DNA of 124,000 bases from Octopus vulgaris (Eukaryota): the NCBI GenBank assembly GCA_951406725.2, contig OX597821.1:102320001-102444000 (forward strand). The letters are read 5' to 3'. The position numbers were made by a program, and so were the translations under genes. Shown here piece by piece: positions 12,700-25,342 of this stretch. The notes beneath the pieces were generated by a model. That model was not told the DNA's origin, ran no database searches, and worked only from the letters and a program-made list of their open reading frames with translations. Positions within the stretch are counted from its first letter, which is position 1. Every line of letters starts with the position of its first letter.

Positions 12700-15600
12700 C
12701 ATACATACGTACGTGGTAAGTAGTTTGCTTCCCACCCCGATGATTCCGAGTTCAGTCCCCACTGCAAGGCACTTTGGGCAAGTGTCTTCCCCTATAGCAT
12801 TGAGTGAATTTGGAAGATGGAAGCTGAAAGAAGCCTGTGTGTGGACCTGTCTTTGTCTTCCACCACCACTTGACAACCAGTGTTGGTGTTTAAATTCTTC
12901 TAACTTAGCGGTTCGGCAGAAGAGACTGATGGAATAAGTACCAGGTTAAAAAGATTTGTTCAGCTAAAATTCTTCAGGGCAGTGCCCTAGCATGGCCACA
13001 GTCTTATGACTGAAACAAGTAAAAAGGTACACATACATACACACACGACAGGCACTTGCTTAAAGTGCCACACGGTGGAACTGAACCTAAGACCATATAA
13101 TTGGGAAGCAAATTTCTCAAGCACAGGGCCATGCCTGAGCCTTTATGGCATTGGATAATAATGCCCTGTGGGCAGAGGATGGGGTGGGTGAAGAACAATG
13201 GGACTGTCATGACCAGATGTCTTTCATAAAACGTTTGTTTAAATTGAGCTGACAAGAAATTAAACAGCTCCATCAACATTAAAGAAGTGGTTTGCTTATG
13301 AATAGAAAGCTAAAACCTGTTTATGCATCTATCTTGCTGAATGTTAATTTATAGTCATACAAAACTATAAAACAAAAACAAAAACAGAGCCTCTATGTGG
13401 TCACATGGCTTACTCTTTCACTTGTTTCAGTCATTTGACTGCGGCCATGCTGCAGCACCGCCTTTAGTGGAAGCAAATCGAACCCAGAACTTATTCTTTG
13501 GAAGTCTAGTACTTAGTCTATCAGTCTCTTTTGCCGAACCGCTAAGTTACGGGGACGTAGACACACCACCATCGGTTGTCAAGCGATATTGGGGGACAAA
13601 CAAAAACACACAAACATACATATATATATATAAATATACGACGGGTTTACTCTCTTTTACTTGTTTCAGTCATCTGACTGCGGCCATGCTGGAGCACCAC
13701 CTTTTAGTACTTATTCTATCGGTCTCTTTTTGCCGAACCGCTAAGTGACGGGGACGTAAACACACCAGCATCGGTTGTCAAGCAATGCTAGGGGGACAAA
13801 CACACACACATATACATACATATATACGACAGGCTTCTTTCAGTTTCCGTCTACCAAATCCACTCACAAGGCATTGGTCGGCCCGGGGCTATAGCAGAAG
13901 ACACTTACCCAAGATGCCACGCAGTGGGACTGAACCCGCAACCGTGTGGTTGGTTAGCAAGCTACTTACCACACAGCCACTCCTGGGGTTTCTTTTCAGT
14001 TTCCATCTACCAAATCTACTCACAAGGCATTGGTCGGTCCGAGGCTTTAGTAGATGACACTTGCCCAAGGAGCCACACAGTGGGAGCACCAAATCTCATT
14101 TCACATTATAACACATTGAGAAAGATTAGATCTATAAAAATAAATGCCAAAACGATTGTGTGTGTCAGTGTGTCACACTTTGACCCCCTTTCACTATTCA
14201 ATGACACTTCAACTATTTGTGCCTCCTGCTGGGGTGAGAGTAATAGTAGACATAGAAACGGGGAGGGCGGCAGTAGATTGACAGTTGTGATGGTAATGGG
14301 GTGATAGTAATAGTATGAGCTGTAGTTGTGATAGAGGCAGAGGCGATGGTGGTGGAGGCATTAATGGTGGCGGCATCAGAAGTCTGAATGGTGTGCATAT
14401 GACAGTTGTGGTGGTACTGGTGATGGTTGAAAACAATCAACAGAAAGAGAGAGAGACGGAGAGAAAGAAAGCAGTCAGACAGAAAGAAAAAAAAAATTGT
14501 ACTGACCCACAGAATAGGAAGATAAAAAATGTTATGCAGCTTTGCAATAAGTTGACAAATTATATCCTTGTTTTGATGAAAATTGTTCATTGCTTGAAAA
14601 ATACTGGTCAAGTTTAATAAAATTTAATATGTACTCAAAGCACGAAGTGTCATCGTTGGGCCCAAGGCCCAATGAAGAGCCCTCCACAGGAGCTAGCTTA
14701 AAAGCCGCTTGACAGGGGAGTTTTTAAGCTAGTATATTGCTATATACCAGTAAAGAGATAGTATGGTCTGGATTATATAAAGGCTGACTTGGGATTAACC
14801 ACCTGTGGCTCCCAGGGCCTCCTGCAGCCCTTGATGGTCTTTCCTCTATAAATATTATTTTTTGAGTCGATAAGGTGTGATTTAGTTGCTGTTTCTAGCA
14901 TATTGGACACCCAAATAAATCAGAGGTGAGGAAGCCCTTGCACACGTTCAAATTAGAAGTTGCTCAAACCAGTTCATTTCTTTCACATACTAACAAATTT
15001 CTGAAATTTAAGATGCATCATTTTTTTTTCAGGACAGATGTCAATCATCATCATCATCGTTTAACGTCTGCTTTCCATGTTAGCATGGGTTGGACGGTTT
15101 GACTGAGGGCTGGCGAACCAGATGGCTACATCAGGCTCCAGTCTTGATCTGGCAGAATTTCTACAGCTGGCTGCCCTTCCTAACGCCAACCACTCCGAGA
15201 GTGATGTAACCTCACAAATGTTTATATACTTGTACTTCTCAATCTTGATACAAAAGAGGTTTTCTATTTGTTGTAGTAGTTCCCTTGTTGTTGAAGATGT
15301 AACTGCATGACTATCCATGCAATCATTCTTTACAGATCCTCATTACATGCATAGACTTACCTGTTAGTTCTTCATGCAGATGGTGACACTGAATTAAAAA
15401 ATTTATTCTGAGTGAACTTATCCCATATCAATAAGTGTATAATCTTGTGCATATACATTGATGAAAGACACTACTTCAGGAAGTATGGCAAAAGCTATGC
15501 TTAACTGATGAGGTTAGAATTAAACCAAAACCTATTTGGTGTTGTCTCTCATATTCAATAGAAAATGACAAAGAAGACCATTTTACTTCACACTCCTTAA

Positions 15601-17445
15601 CACAATAAGCTGAAAATTAGGTTGACTAGTTCTTGTTTGGCTTTCACTGAAGTCATTGGCATTGTATAGTGTTTGTTTTTAGCCACTTTTCTATGCTTGA
15701 ATGAGTAAGATGAAATGTGCTGAGACAGATTTTCTACAGCTGGATGCCCTTCCTGTCGCCAACTCTCACCCATTTCCAAGAAAGCACCCCCCCCCCACCA
15801 TGGCTGGACATGTTTTTCATGGAAGTTTGGAAATGAAGGACACAGCTTGTATGACAGTGGTTATTGCTTACAATAATCACATGATGTCAAAACAAGAATC
15901 CACCAACTCAGCATGCACATATACACTTCTTTTAGTTTCTCTTACTAAATCCACTCACAAGGTTTTGGTCAGCCTGGGGCTATAGTAGATGACAATGGGG
16001 CAAGGTGTATGAGCCTGTGCTGATTTTCACTGCCACCAGAGAGAAATTTGAAATTGCTAACTGATCTGCAGTCTAACGATTTTAACCTGCAGTCCACGAG
16101 AAAAATAAAACAAACATGGATGGTAACAGAATCAGCACAACACTACCATCAATTCATTTTTGTGAATATAGAAATGTATTTTTTTTTTTTTTTTATTATC
16201 AAAGATTAGTGGTCTGAATGGTTATATTAGTTAAACCTAATCCACTAACATTTCAGCAAGTAGACCTGATCTGGATTTATTATGACTATATAAGCGAAGC
16301 ATAGCCTTCACCAATTAAACAAGATATAAGAGCTGTTAACCCTTTAACATTTAAGCTGGTCAGAGCTGGCCTCTCACGCCTACCCCACAATGTCATTTTA
16401 AAAATAAACAATCACATCATGGTGGACCCCCATAGCCACTCCATGTTTAAAACCTAATTTTATAGAAACTTCTTCGCTAGTGTAGGTTTGCAATAGCATT
16501 CTCTGAGAGAACACGTTTCAGTGGCTGGAACCATGCTGAACTATGTTAGACATTAGAGGAAGAAACCTAGCTGTTTCATGCTATAAATACATCTAAGGCA
16601 AAATTTATTCACGGACCCTTAAAATACTACCAAAGTGCCCATAACTTACTACTTTGCTTGCATGGACCCCAGAAAATCTTATATGGATCCTGGTTGAGAA
16701 GCACTGATTTAAAACTGAATTAAAAAGCATTATGTTTGACAGAGTAATCTAAATGCTAAAAGGTTAAGGGACTATTGCTTTAAGAAAATCTATACTGCTG
16801 TAAAAAAGTATTTAAGAATATGTATTTGCAAAATTAATTAAAACAACTTTGCATTAAAAAGTGGGGGAGGGAAAAAAAGCAAAATTATTAAAAAACAATA
16901 GGAAAAAATTTTTAAACGATGTTTGTCTTTAAGGCATCAAAGAATATATTATATAATATACCTGGAAAATATAAGTGGATCAAAAAGATACAAATTTTAG
17001 TGATTGTAATTCGCTTTGTGTTGTTTTTTTAAACATCTTGACTCAAAGTTGATGGTAGGATTATATGAGTCTTGTGATAGAAGTCTGAAGGACTAAGTGA
17101 GAATGTGTCTGTGGGTGTATATATATATATATATATATATCAATATATATATATACACATATTTATATCCAAAGTAAATAAAAATTATATATGGAACTGT
17201 CTTGCTACCAAAAAAATAATTTCTTTTTATCATACTTTTTTTTTTTATTATTCTACATTAAAATATATTTTTAAAATATCTAAATTTAACTTTTATTTGA
17301 AAAAAAAAAATATCAATATTGAAAATATATTTTCTTCTTGGTTCTCAATTTAAGAAATATATTTTGTATTCAGCATTTGAAGAGAAATATACCAACCATA
17401 ACCCTAAGCAGATATTTAAAAAAATAAATACATTATGAATATATC

Positions 17446-18215
17446 TTATATCATATTAAATTCTAGAACACGGAAATGGCTCTCTGTATTACCATATCGG
17501 TTACGTAACAACTGGTCCGTGGGTTGGTTGGGATCAATTTGTAAAACATTGTGATTGTGGTTGCTGTTGTTGTAGATAAGGTTGCACGGGTAATCAGCAG
17601 TAGTTGGTTCGTACTGACGAGAATGAAAATGAAGCGGATAACGATGATAGAGGTTTGATTGATAGTCCTGGAACGATTCTGATGTTCTGTCGTGATAATC
17701 ATTACCAACTTGGCAATCCGGTGTGGTGCTGTTGAAGGAATAAGGGGGTGGCAGAGGTAAATATGGCGGCTGAGCCAGATGCGATCGACTAGTGGGAGTC
17801 AGTGAAGACGGTGGGGTTGGTGTCTGGCGGCAAGATGAAGTCGAAGCATTGGAAGGAGGTGCAGGGCTGTCGGCACGAGTCGCTGGAAGGCCACTGGAAG
17901 CTGATGCCGGAGATGATGGTGCTGGTGAAGATGGGCTTTGATCAGAGGAGTAAGATGCCAGACGTCTTCGTGTGATTCGGTAATCTCGTGGTTCTTTGCC
18001 TTCACTTGATATAAGAGCTGGTAGAATACGACGCCTAGCATTGATATACCAGTTATTGACCTGCTGGATTGTCAGACCAGTGTCTTTGGCCATCTTTCGC
18101 TTTGTTTCTTCACAAGGGTAGGCACGAAATCTGTTCTGATACAGCCATTTCATAAGATAATCAACAGCCTCCTTCGGTAGATTTCCACGAGTTCGCTTTC
18201 GTTTTGAGCAGTTAT
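17446..18215 (-). CDS. TGIF: TGIF-family TALE homeobox protein, main (terminal) coding exon
   Basis: Reads (D)NCSKRKRTRGNLPKEAVDYLMKWLYQNRFRAYPCEETKRKMAKDTGLTIQQVNNWYINARRRILP, with the TALE AYP loop and I50/N51. It is followed by ALISSEGKEPRDYRITRRR, matching the TGIF post-homeodomain extension, then a Ser/Pro-rich tail. Acceptor ccctctctttgtag at 18216-18217, phase 1. Confidence 0.92.
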
Positions 18216-20132
18216 CTACAAAGAGAGGGGAGAAAGGATTAATAATACATCTGTATTAAAAAAAAGAAGAAACAATCAGTGAATTTACATTTAGGTTTGG
18301 TAAAATAACCAAGAAGGGTCTTTTCTGTTTGGCGGCTCCTGTGGAAATCACTTGTTTTAAAAATTGAAGAAATTGAAAAGTTGAAGCCAAACAGACATGA
18401 TCCAACATGATAGATAGAACTCACAACAGGAATATATTAAGCTTAATTATTTTTAAGCAACAGAAGTTGCAAACTGACTCCAGCATTGATATATATATCT
18501 TTTACTCTTTTACTTGTTTCAGTCATTTGACTGCGGCCATGCTGGAGCACCACTTTTAGTGGAATCAAATCAGCCCCAGGACTTATTCTTTGTAAGTCTA
18601 GTACTTATTCTATTGGTCTGTTTCGCTGAACCGCTAAGTTACAGAGACCTAAACACACCAGCAACGGTTGTCAAGTGATGTTGGGGGACAAACACAGGCA
18701 CACAAACATATACAGGACGGGCTTCCTTCAGTTTTCTGTCTATCAAATCCACTCACAAGGTTTTGGTCAGCCCGAGGCTATAGTAGAAGACACTTGCCCC
18801 ATGTGCCACGCAGTGGGACTGAACCCGGAACCATTTGGTTGGTATGCAAGCAACTTACTACACAGCCACTCCGGAATAAGTATTCCAGGTAATCAGGACA
18901 TTTACTAGTGCAATGTAAACAGTACCATTTATAATATTATGCTCGAGAAGATTCAGCGTGACGCAGAGTGCAACAAGGCTGGCCTTTTGAAATACAAGTG
19001 CTACAGAAACAGGGAGAAAGAGTTAGAGAAAGTTGTGGTGGAAGAATACAGCAGGGTTTCCCACCACACCCTGCTGGAGCCATGTGGAGCTTTAGGTGTT
19101 TTCACTCAATAAACACTCACAACATCCGGTCTGGGAATCGAAACCGTAATCCTATGACTGCAAATCCACTGGGCCATTGTGCCTATATATATATATTATG
19201 CACACACACACATTCAGTGAGAGGAGAGAGGGGCAGTTGGAGGAGAAAAAGTAAGCATGTGAGAGAGATGGTCACAAAGTTTTATATAGTTACTTAACAA
19301 TGCAGATGAAAAACAAGATACTTAAAATAAGCAAATAAATTAAGAAAAGGGTCTAAACTGGGTAGAGTAGTCCCCACAAGAAAAAAATTAATAGTTAGAA
19401 GTAGCAGCTAAAACTCATCAAAATCACATTCTCCCTTCAAAAGGATACTTTGTGGAACACATAAACACCAAACTTTGGAGTTGCATTTGTCTACTAAATG
19501 ACTGAAGTGGAAGAGCTATTCAATGACTTAAAAGGCTGTTAAATTCCCTTTAGAGATAAACTTAAATTGAATTTAACAGCATTATTTTAACCTTGCAGTA
19601 CAAGTAATTTGCTGTACGAATTTTTGTCTTGAAGTATGTGTGGAAATCTACAGTACAAGCACACATTGTCCCATCATCATCATCATCGTTTAGCATCCGT
19701 TTTCCATGCTAGCATGGGTTGGACTCATCTTTAAGGTAATTCAGTTAATAAAACCAGTTTACATATTTCTTTTGCATTCTCTTTTTCATAATTGTCTCTT
19801 TACTTGTAACTACACCTTTTCTGTTTTAAAACCCATAAAAAATTATTTTTGAGTGGTTTTTGTGGGGCTGGAACAGATTAATTATATTTTAGTTAATTTT
19901 AATAAGGAAAATTGATTTGTAAAACGTAAGTCGAACTCGGTCATGGCACAAATTAAACTTATACTGTGAGGTATCACTGTTTGTGTGTGTATGTATATAT
20001 ATATATATATATATATTTATCAAAATAAAAACATGATGCAAAGGATTTAGCGGTACATATACTCTATCACCTACACCACTAAATGTCATATACAGGTGCT
20101 TACAATTATCAAGTATTCACCCTGAAGTTTTC

Positions 20133-20171
<39 letters not shown>

Positions 20172-20667
20172 CCAAGTCAGCCCACAGCATTCCTTGACTG
20201 TGAGATGCATGAATTTGGTAGAGAGAGAGAGAGAGAGAGTTTGGGGGATAGTCTAAATAAGAATGATAAATTATCAATAAGAAAATTCAACTAAATAGGT
20301 CAACAAACAAATCTAGAGTAGCAATTAGTTCGACCAAATGGAAGTGAAGTGTTTCAAGACATGAAGACAATCGCTTCCAAATGATCCAATTGTTTTGAAT
20401 CAGATCAAAGAATCTAAAGAACGACACAACTCAGTACAATAAACACGAAGACTTGTAACTATGTAAGAAAGTGTAGCGTTACTACACTAGTATGTCCCTA
20501 TCCTCAAAATCATTTTGTTTTTTCATGAAGTTTTCTGCAAATACATTTCAGATGGTGTAAATCAGGTTCTCAAATGTGGTCTGTTTTATTGTGAAAATTT
20601 ATCTGCAATAAGCTGGTTACACTTCTACAATACACAAAATATTTTAGTGTTTTTTAAAAGACAATTC

Positions 20668-21008
20668 AGTACTTTTTGGTTATCTCACCCCCATTAAAAA
20701 ATTGGGCTATCTCCAAGTTTTATGAGAAATAGCAGTACTTTTGGTTATCTCACTCATCTTAAAAAATGGTGTAACCCCCAATAAAACAAAAAAAAAGAAC
20801 AAAAGTGAAAAGATGAAACATCTTACTAAATCTGATATTTTTATAACAAATCATTCCATGTCTTTTGAGGAGACCAAACGTCAACAATGTGTTGAAGTAC
20901 TGAATCAAAAGGATTCAACTCTTAATCCAATCTGTCGCCACATAAGCTCAATATTTTAATGGGGAGATAAGCCATTTTTGAATGGGGGTGAGATAAACAA
21001 AAAGTATC
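20668..21008. mobile_element. MITE with GGTACTTTTTGGTTATCTCACCCC TIR and 8-bp TSD (Merlin- or hAT-like)
   Basis: TSD gacaattc on both sides; same family at 31609-32226, 37173-38015 and 65745-65804. Confidence 0.8.
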
Positions 21009-22402
21009 GACAATTCTTAATAATATTTAATTATAAAATTTTTTCAAACATCGAATTGCTATGAGGGTCAAACCGAGTAAAATAGGAATCGAAGGGGTCC
21101 ATAGGTAAAAAACTGTTGAGAAACACTGATGTAAATTAACGATTATATCAGAGTTTTGGACAATTCACATGTGTCATTTTGATGATACATTGAACAATTG
21201 TAGAAAAAAAAAACCCATTTTTTTTTAACATTATAATCTACACAAACTGAAATGTATCAGTAGAAAAATTCCATCAAAAAATTATAAATTTTTCCGAAAA
21301 CAAAGACGCAGGTGGCGAAGTAGGTATCTGTAGTTTATACCGAAAGTATAATTTATTAGAGTATTGTTTAGCCCCAGGTAAGCACTGATCAAGCAAACAC
21401 GTATGATAAAAAATGTCCAAACCCTACTCATCGTCTTTTCTATAAGACATAATCCATACATAATCTGAATAATTTTTTTGTATTTTATTAAGCTGGTAAG
21501 GTGTAATCTGAAGAATTTTTAGCTGTTATTTTCAGCAGGTTGAGTGACCACGTAGAGAAGTGTTTGTCATTCGGCTGTCAAAGACCAGTTCAAACCGAGC
21601 ACCTAAGTGACTAAAAGCATTCCAGCTGCGACCATCCCATCTTTATAAAGCGTTACATTTAAGCCGTTAACAGGAATTTAAAATTAAATTTCACTCTGCT
21701 CCCAGTACAGAGTGCCCGGCCACAGCAATAAATACTCCGTCAATATTCTTAAATTTTGTTTTTAACACAAGGCCTGTAATTTGCAGGATGATGGGGCAAG
21801 TCGATTACATATTGGTATTTTGTTTGAGAGAAAGTTGGCCAAGACAGGATTTGACCTCAGAACGTGAAGTAATAATGATGATAAAAACAAAAAGGGCCAG
21901 AACAAATACCACAATGTATTTTTCCGACGCTCTAACGGTTCAGCCAATTCGCCGTCCTAAATTTGTTTTAAAATAATTTCAATTTAGCATTTATGTAATG
22001 TCTACCCTCTTTATTATACAGTAACGTGATTTGAGAAAGATTTGACTATTATTTCTAGCAGACCAAAACGACAACGAAAGGATTCCCCTCCGTGGCTAAG
22101 GTTTATTTGACATGTAAATGTTTTACTTAAACAGACGTGGTTTATATCATAAAAAACAAAAACAACACTGAAGAGATCAACGGCAAAAGAAACCGTATTA
22201 AATGTTATTACATATAAATGTACACAAATTTACTAAATACACTAACAGGCACTAACTAACCATATACATCTTTCTAAAAAGGATGGGCCAGGAAATGACC
22301 GGCATTCGTTCAAATCTGTTGCTATGAATTGTGGTTGCGTGGTCGTAGAGAAAGATGAGAGTTAATTTCCGCTTGTGTCATATGCTTTGATAGAAATAGT
22401 AC

Positions 22403-22409
22403 CTGCCAT
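22403..22409 (-). CDS. TGIF: Probable first coding exon of the TGIF-like gene (ATG GCA G), possibly extending to in-frame ATGs up to 22478
   Basis: ATGGCAG|GTACTA is a phase-1 donor that joins the phase-1 acceptor at 18215 to give MADNCSKRKR. The frame is open upstream to at least 22544. Confidence 0.6.
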
Positions 22410-22957
22410 GACATGACAACGCAAACACCTCGACCACAACAGCAGCATCACAAACACCATAACCCCAAGGAACGTCATACATAATAACAATATGTTATAC
22501 TGTCGTATGTCCAAATGCGTATCTCCAGCTGCTTCAGATGACAAGATATAAAAATTGTCGAAGTGAAGTACAACGGTTTTGCTATGGAATGGTCAAACTA
22601 TTTTTTCGTTTTCTGAAAAAGCAACGTTTTGGACTTACGACACTTTTGCATTATAGCAACGATATAAACACACACACACACAAAAACATTGTGTTGTTGC
22701 TTTCATGTGAAGTTATATACAAAAACTATTTAACATTAAACTCAATAGTTTTTTTTTTTTTAGCATAATACATATTTACTAATTTTTACAAGTTTCGACT
22801 GACCAGCTACCATCATGTGTGTGTGCCATGATGGCTGGTAAACCTAAAACTTCGTAGTCACAAACTTTCCCTTGGAAATAAATAAATAAATGCTATATAT
22901 TTTCCGATTATCCGATTGCACTCAACAAGGTATGGGTCGACCCGAGGTTATTGAAAC

Positions 22958-22993
<36 letters not shown>

Positions 22994-25047
22994 CAAGATT
23001 AAAGTTCTCATTGGAACTATTTTCATCCCCATCCTAGTCTCCACTTATTTATGAGAAGACAAGGTGGAGTTTGCATCCCTAAAATTTTAAAACCAAGCTT
23101 CATATTATAAGCTAGCAATTTGCCTGCCCTCGCATCTTTTCAATCCTCATGAAAAAACTGGATAACTCCCCTCCAATGAATTATGATGAATGAATTATGA
23201 AATGAATTATGCCTCTGTTAATGCCAACAAGAACAAATTAAAGAGCGAAACATCATCATTGTTTTAGTACCCCTTTTCCATGTTCGCAAGGGCCGGACGG
23301 TATTCACTAAGATTTTATACGACTTGATGCCTTTCCCGTTACCAACCCAAGGCAATATTTTCCTATGAAGACACGTTTCCAAGAAAGACAACTGTCTGCA
23401 TATGACGCATTGTGAAGTGAAGAAAACAGTAACACAGACACAGGCGACAGGTTTCTTTCAGTTTGTCTACCAAATCCACTCACGAAAATTAGGTCAGCTC
23501 GAGACAGTGTCTTAAAAAGAGTTCCACTAACATCATGAAAGCAAGTGTAGAAAGAAGATATAATAATGCTAAGGATAAACTGTTCGGAAAAAACATATAC
23601 TAAAGAAAGAAAGAAAAAAAAAAAAAACCCACGAGATTGTCATAGGTAGATTGTGTATGATCATCTTTAACCATAAGGTCATCTCGACCTGGAGAACAAG
23701 TGATTCAGAACGGTAAGGGAAAACCTTTTTGTTTTCAAGTGTCAACGCTCTGCCGATCGCATTACAGAAGCTAGAGATTAACCTATATAATCTAAATTAA
23801 AGCACATTTTTCGTCACACTATTATATTATTAAGTAAACGTTAGTAAAAACAAATAAGCTGCTTTTAATTTAATGACACTGAAAAAGAGAAAGGAATGAC
23901 AAATTTTTATATAGGATGAACCATACCTCAAGTAGTGGAGGTTGTGGTAGTAAGTATAGTAAATAAAGTGGGAACTGCGATGCACTGGTGCACCGCAAGG
24001 GGTATTTAAGTGCGCTGCGGGCTTTAAAATCTTACACTCTCATGCTTGAGTGTCGTGACAAAAAAGTTTTATTTAGAAGTATGAATAATAAAAACAACGT
24101 AAGAAGCAATTGTGGGCGAACTTTCAGAATAGCCATCCCACTTAAGTTGGAATTTCTGTTTTAGGGATTTTCTCAATTTTTTTGTACCTACATTTCAAAA
24201 GAATGGGGAAACGGGTGGGGGAAACCCCATCGTGTCTTCGCAACAGCAACCACCACTAAAATGATCATTTTTTTTTTTTTCGGACAGAAAAATGTTTTTA
24301 CAAACTGGCAAAAGTATGAAGGAATGAAAAGAAAAACGATAGGTGACCTTTGGTTTTAAGACAGCTGCCTTAAATAACAACATCAACCCTTTTGTTACTG
24401 TGTTTATTTTGAGATATTCAATATTTCTTTCAATTATTTAAAATATAACAAAGAATTTAATTAAATAACTTAATTATCATTAAGCTAATGTTAGGGACAA
24501 AAATTGCAACTAAGGTTTGGTGGAAGATTTTAACTCAAAACTTATGAAAACAAGACATTTATTTGTACTACAGAACCAGAAGCGGTTTTAGCCAGGTTGG
24601 TAAGAAAAGGGTTAAAACAGTTTTAATTTTAAACAACTCCATTATACCGCATCCACAGACACCTAAATGCATAGTAGCTTTTTGTGACTGCTAATATCAC
24701 GAGAAGGTACTATACATGTAGTACTTCAGAAATAACAGCTGAGGTACACCGTTCCAACGTACTTATACCCAGCAACGAATAACATCACCGAGAGGTAATT
24801 CAGTGACTTGTATGTCGAGGAATGATAGCCAACACTGTTACATGGGAGCGATGCAATAATCCTTGCACGAAAACTTTTACAGAAAGAACCGACGGGAAAT
24901 GGTGGCATTGTTCCTGTCGATTCACGTTTTATACTGTTTATCAGAATTCACCGCCGTGACTTTCGGTTAGGTTTTTAAAGAAATCCCTAACGGCATCCAC
25001 GGTTTATGTTCACAGGTTGTTTTAATTTAGACCAGTGGGCTCGAAGG

Positions 25048-25342
25048 TAAAGAATACGTACACCCCACCCGTTTTCGGCGTAACAAAAACCGGCATTCTT
25101 TCGATATAGCTCGACAAAATCAAAACACTTCATTTCGGGTATTTCCGTGGAAGCAAATGAGTTCGATTCCGTTTTCTGCTTGGAAATTCGCGAATTTTAC
25201 ATACATGAAACATTGCTGGCATAATTTCGTTATAGCTATACTCCACAACCCACGGAAATACCCGAAGTGAAATGTCTCGACCATGTCGACCTATATCGAA
25301 GGAATGCCCCAAAACCCTAACCCCTAGTGTGCGTATTCTTTA
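25048..25342. mobile_element. CpG-rich MITE with a TAAAGAATACGYACAC TIR
   Basis: taaagaatacgtacac at 25048 and gtgtgcgtattcttta at 25327-25342; a mini version lies at 65039-65100. Confidence 0.6.

Noticed and set aside
14209-14617. Overlapping ORFs of 75-132 aa rich in Thr/Pro/Gly
   Set aside because: Low-complexity GGT/GAT/GA-repeat sequence with no splice or homology support.
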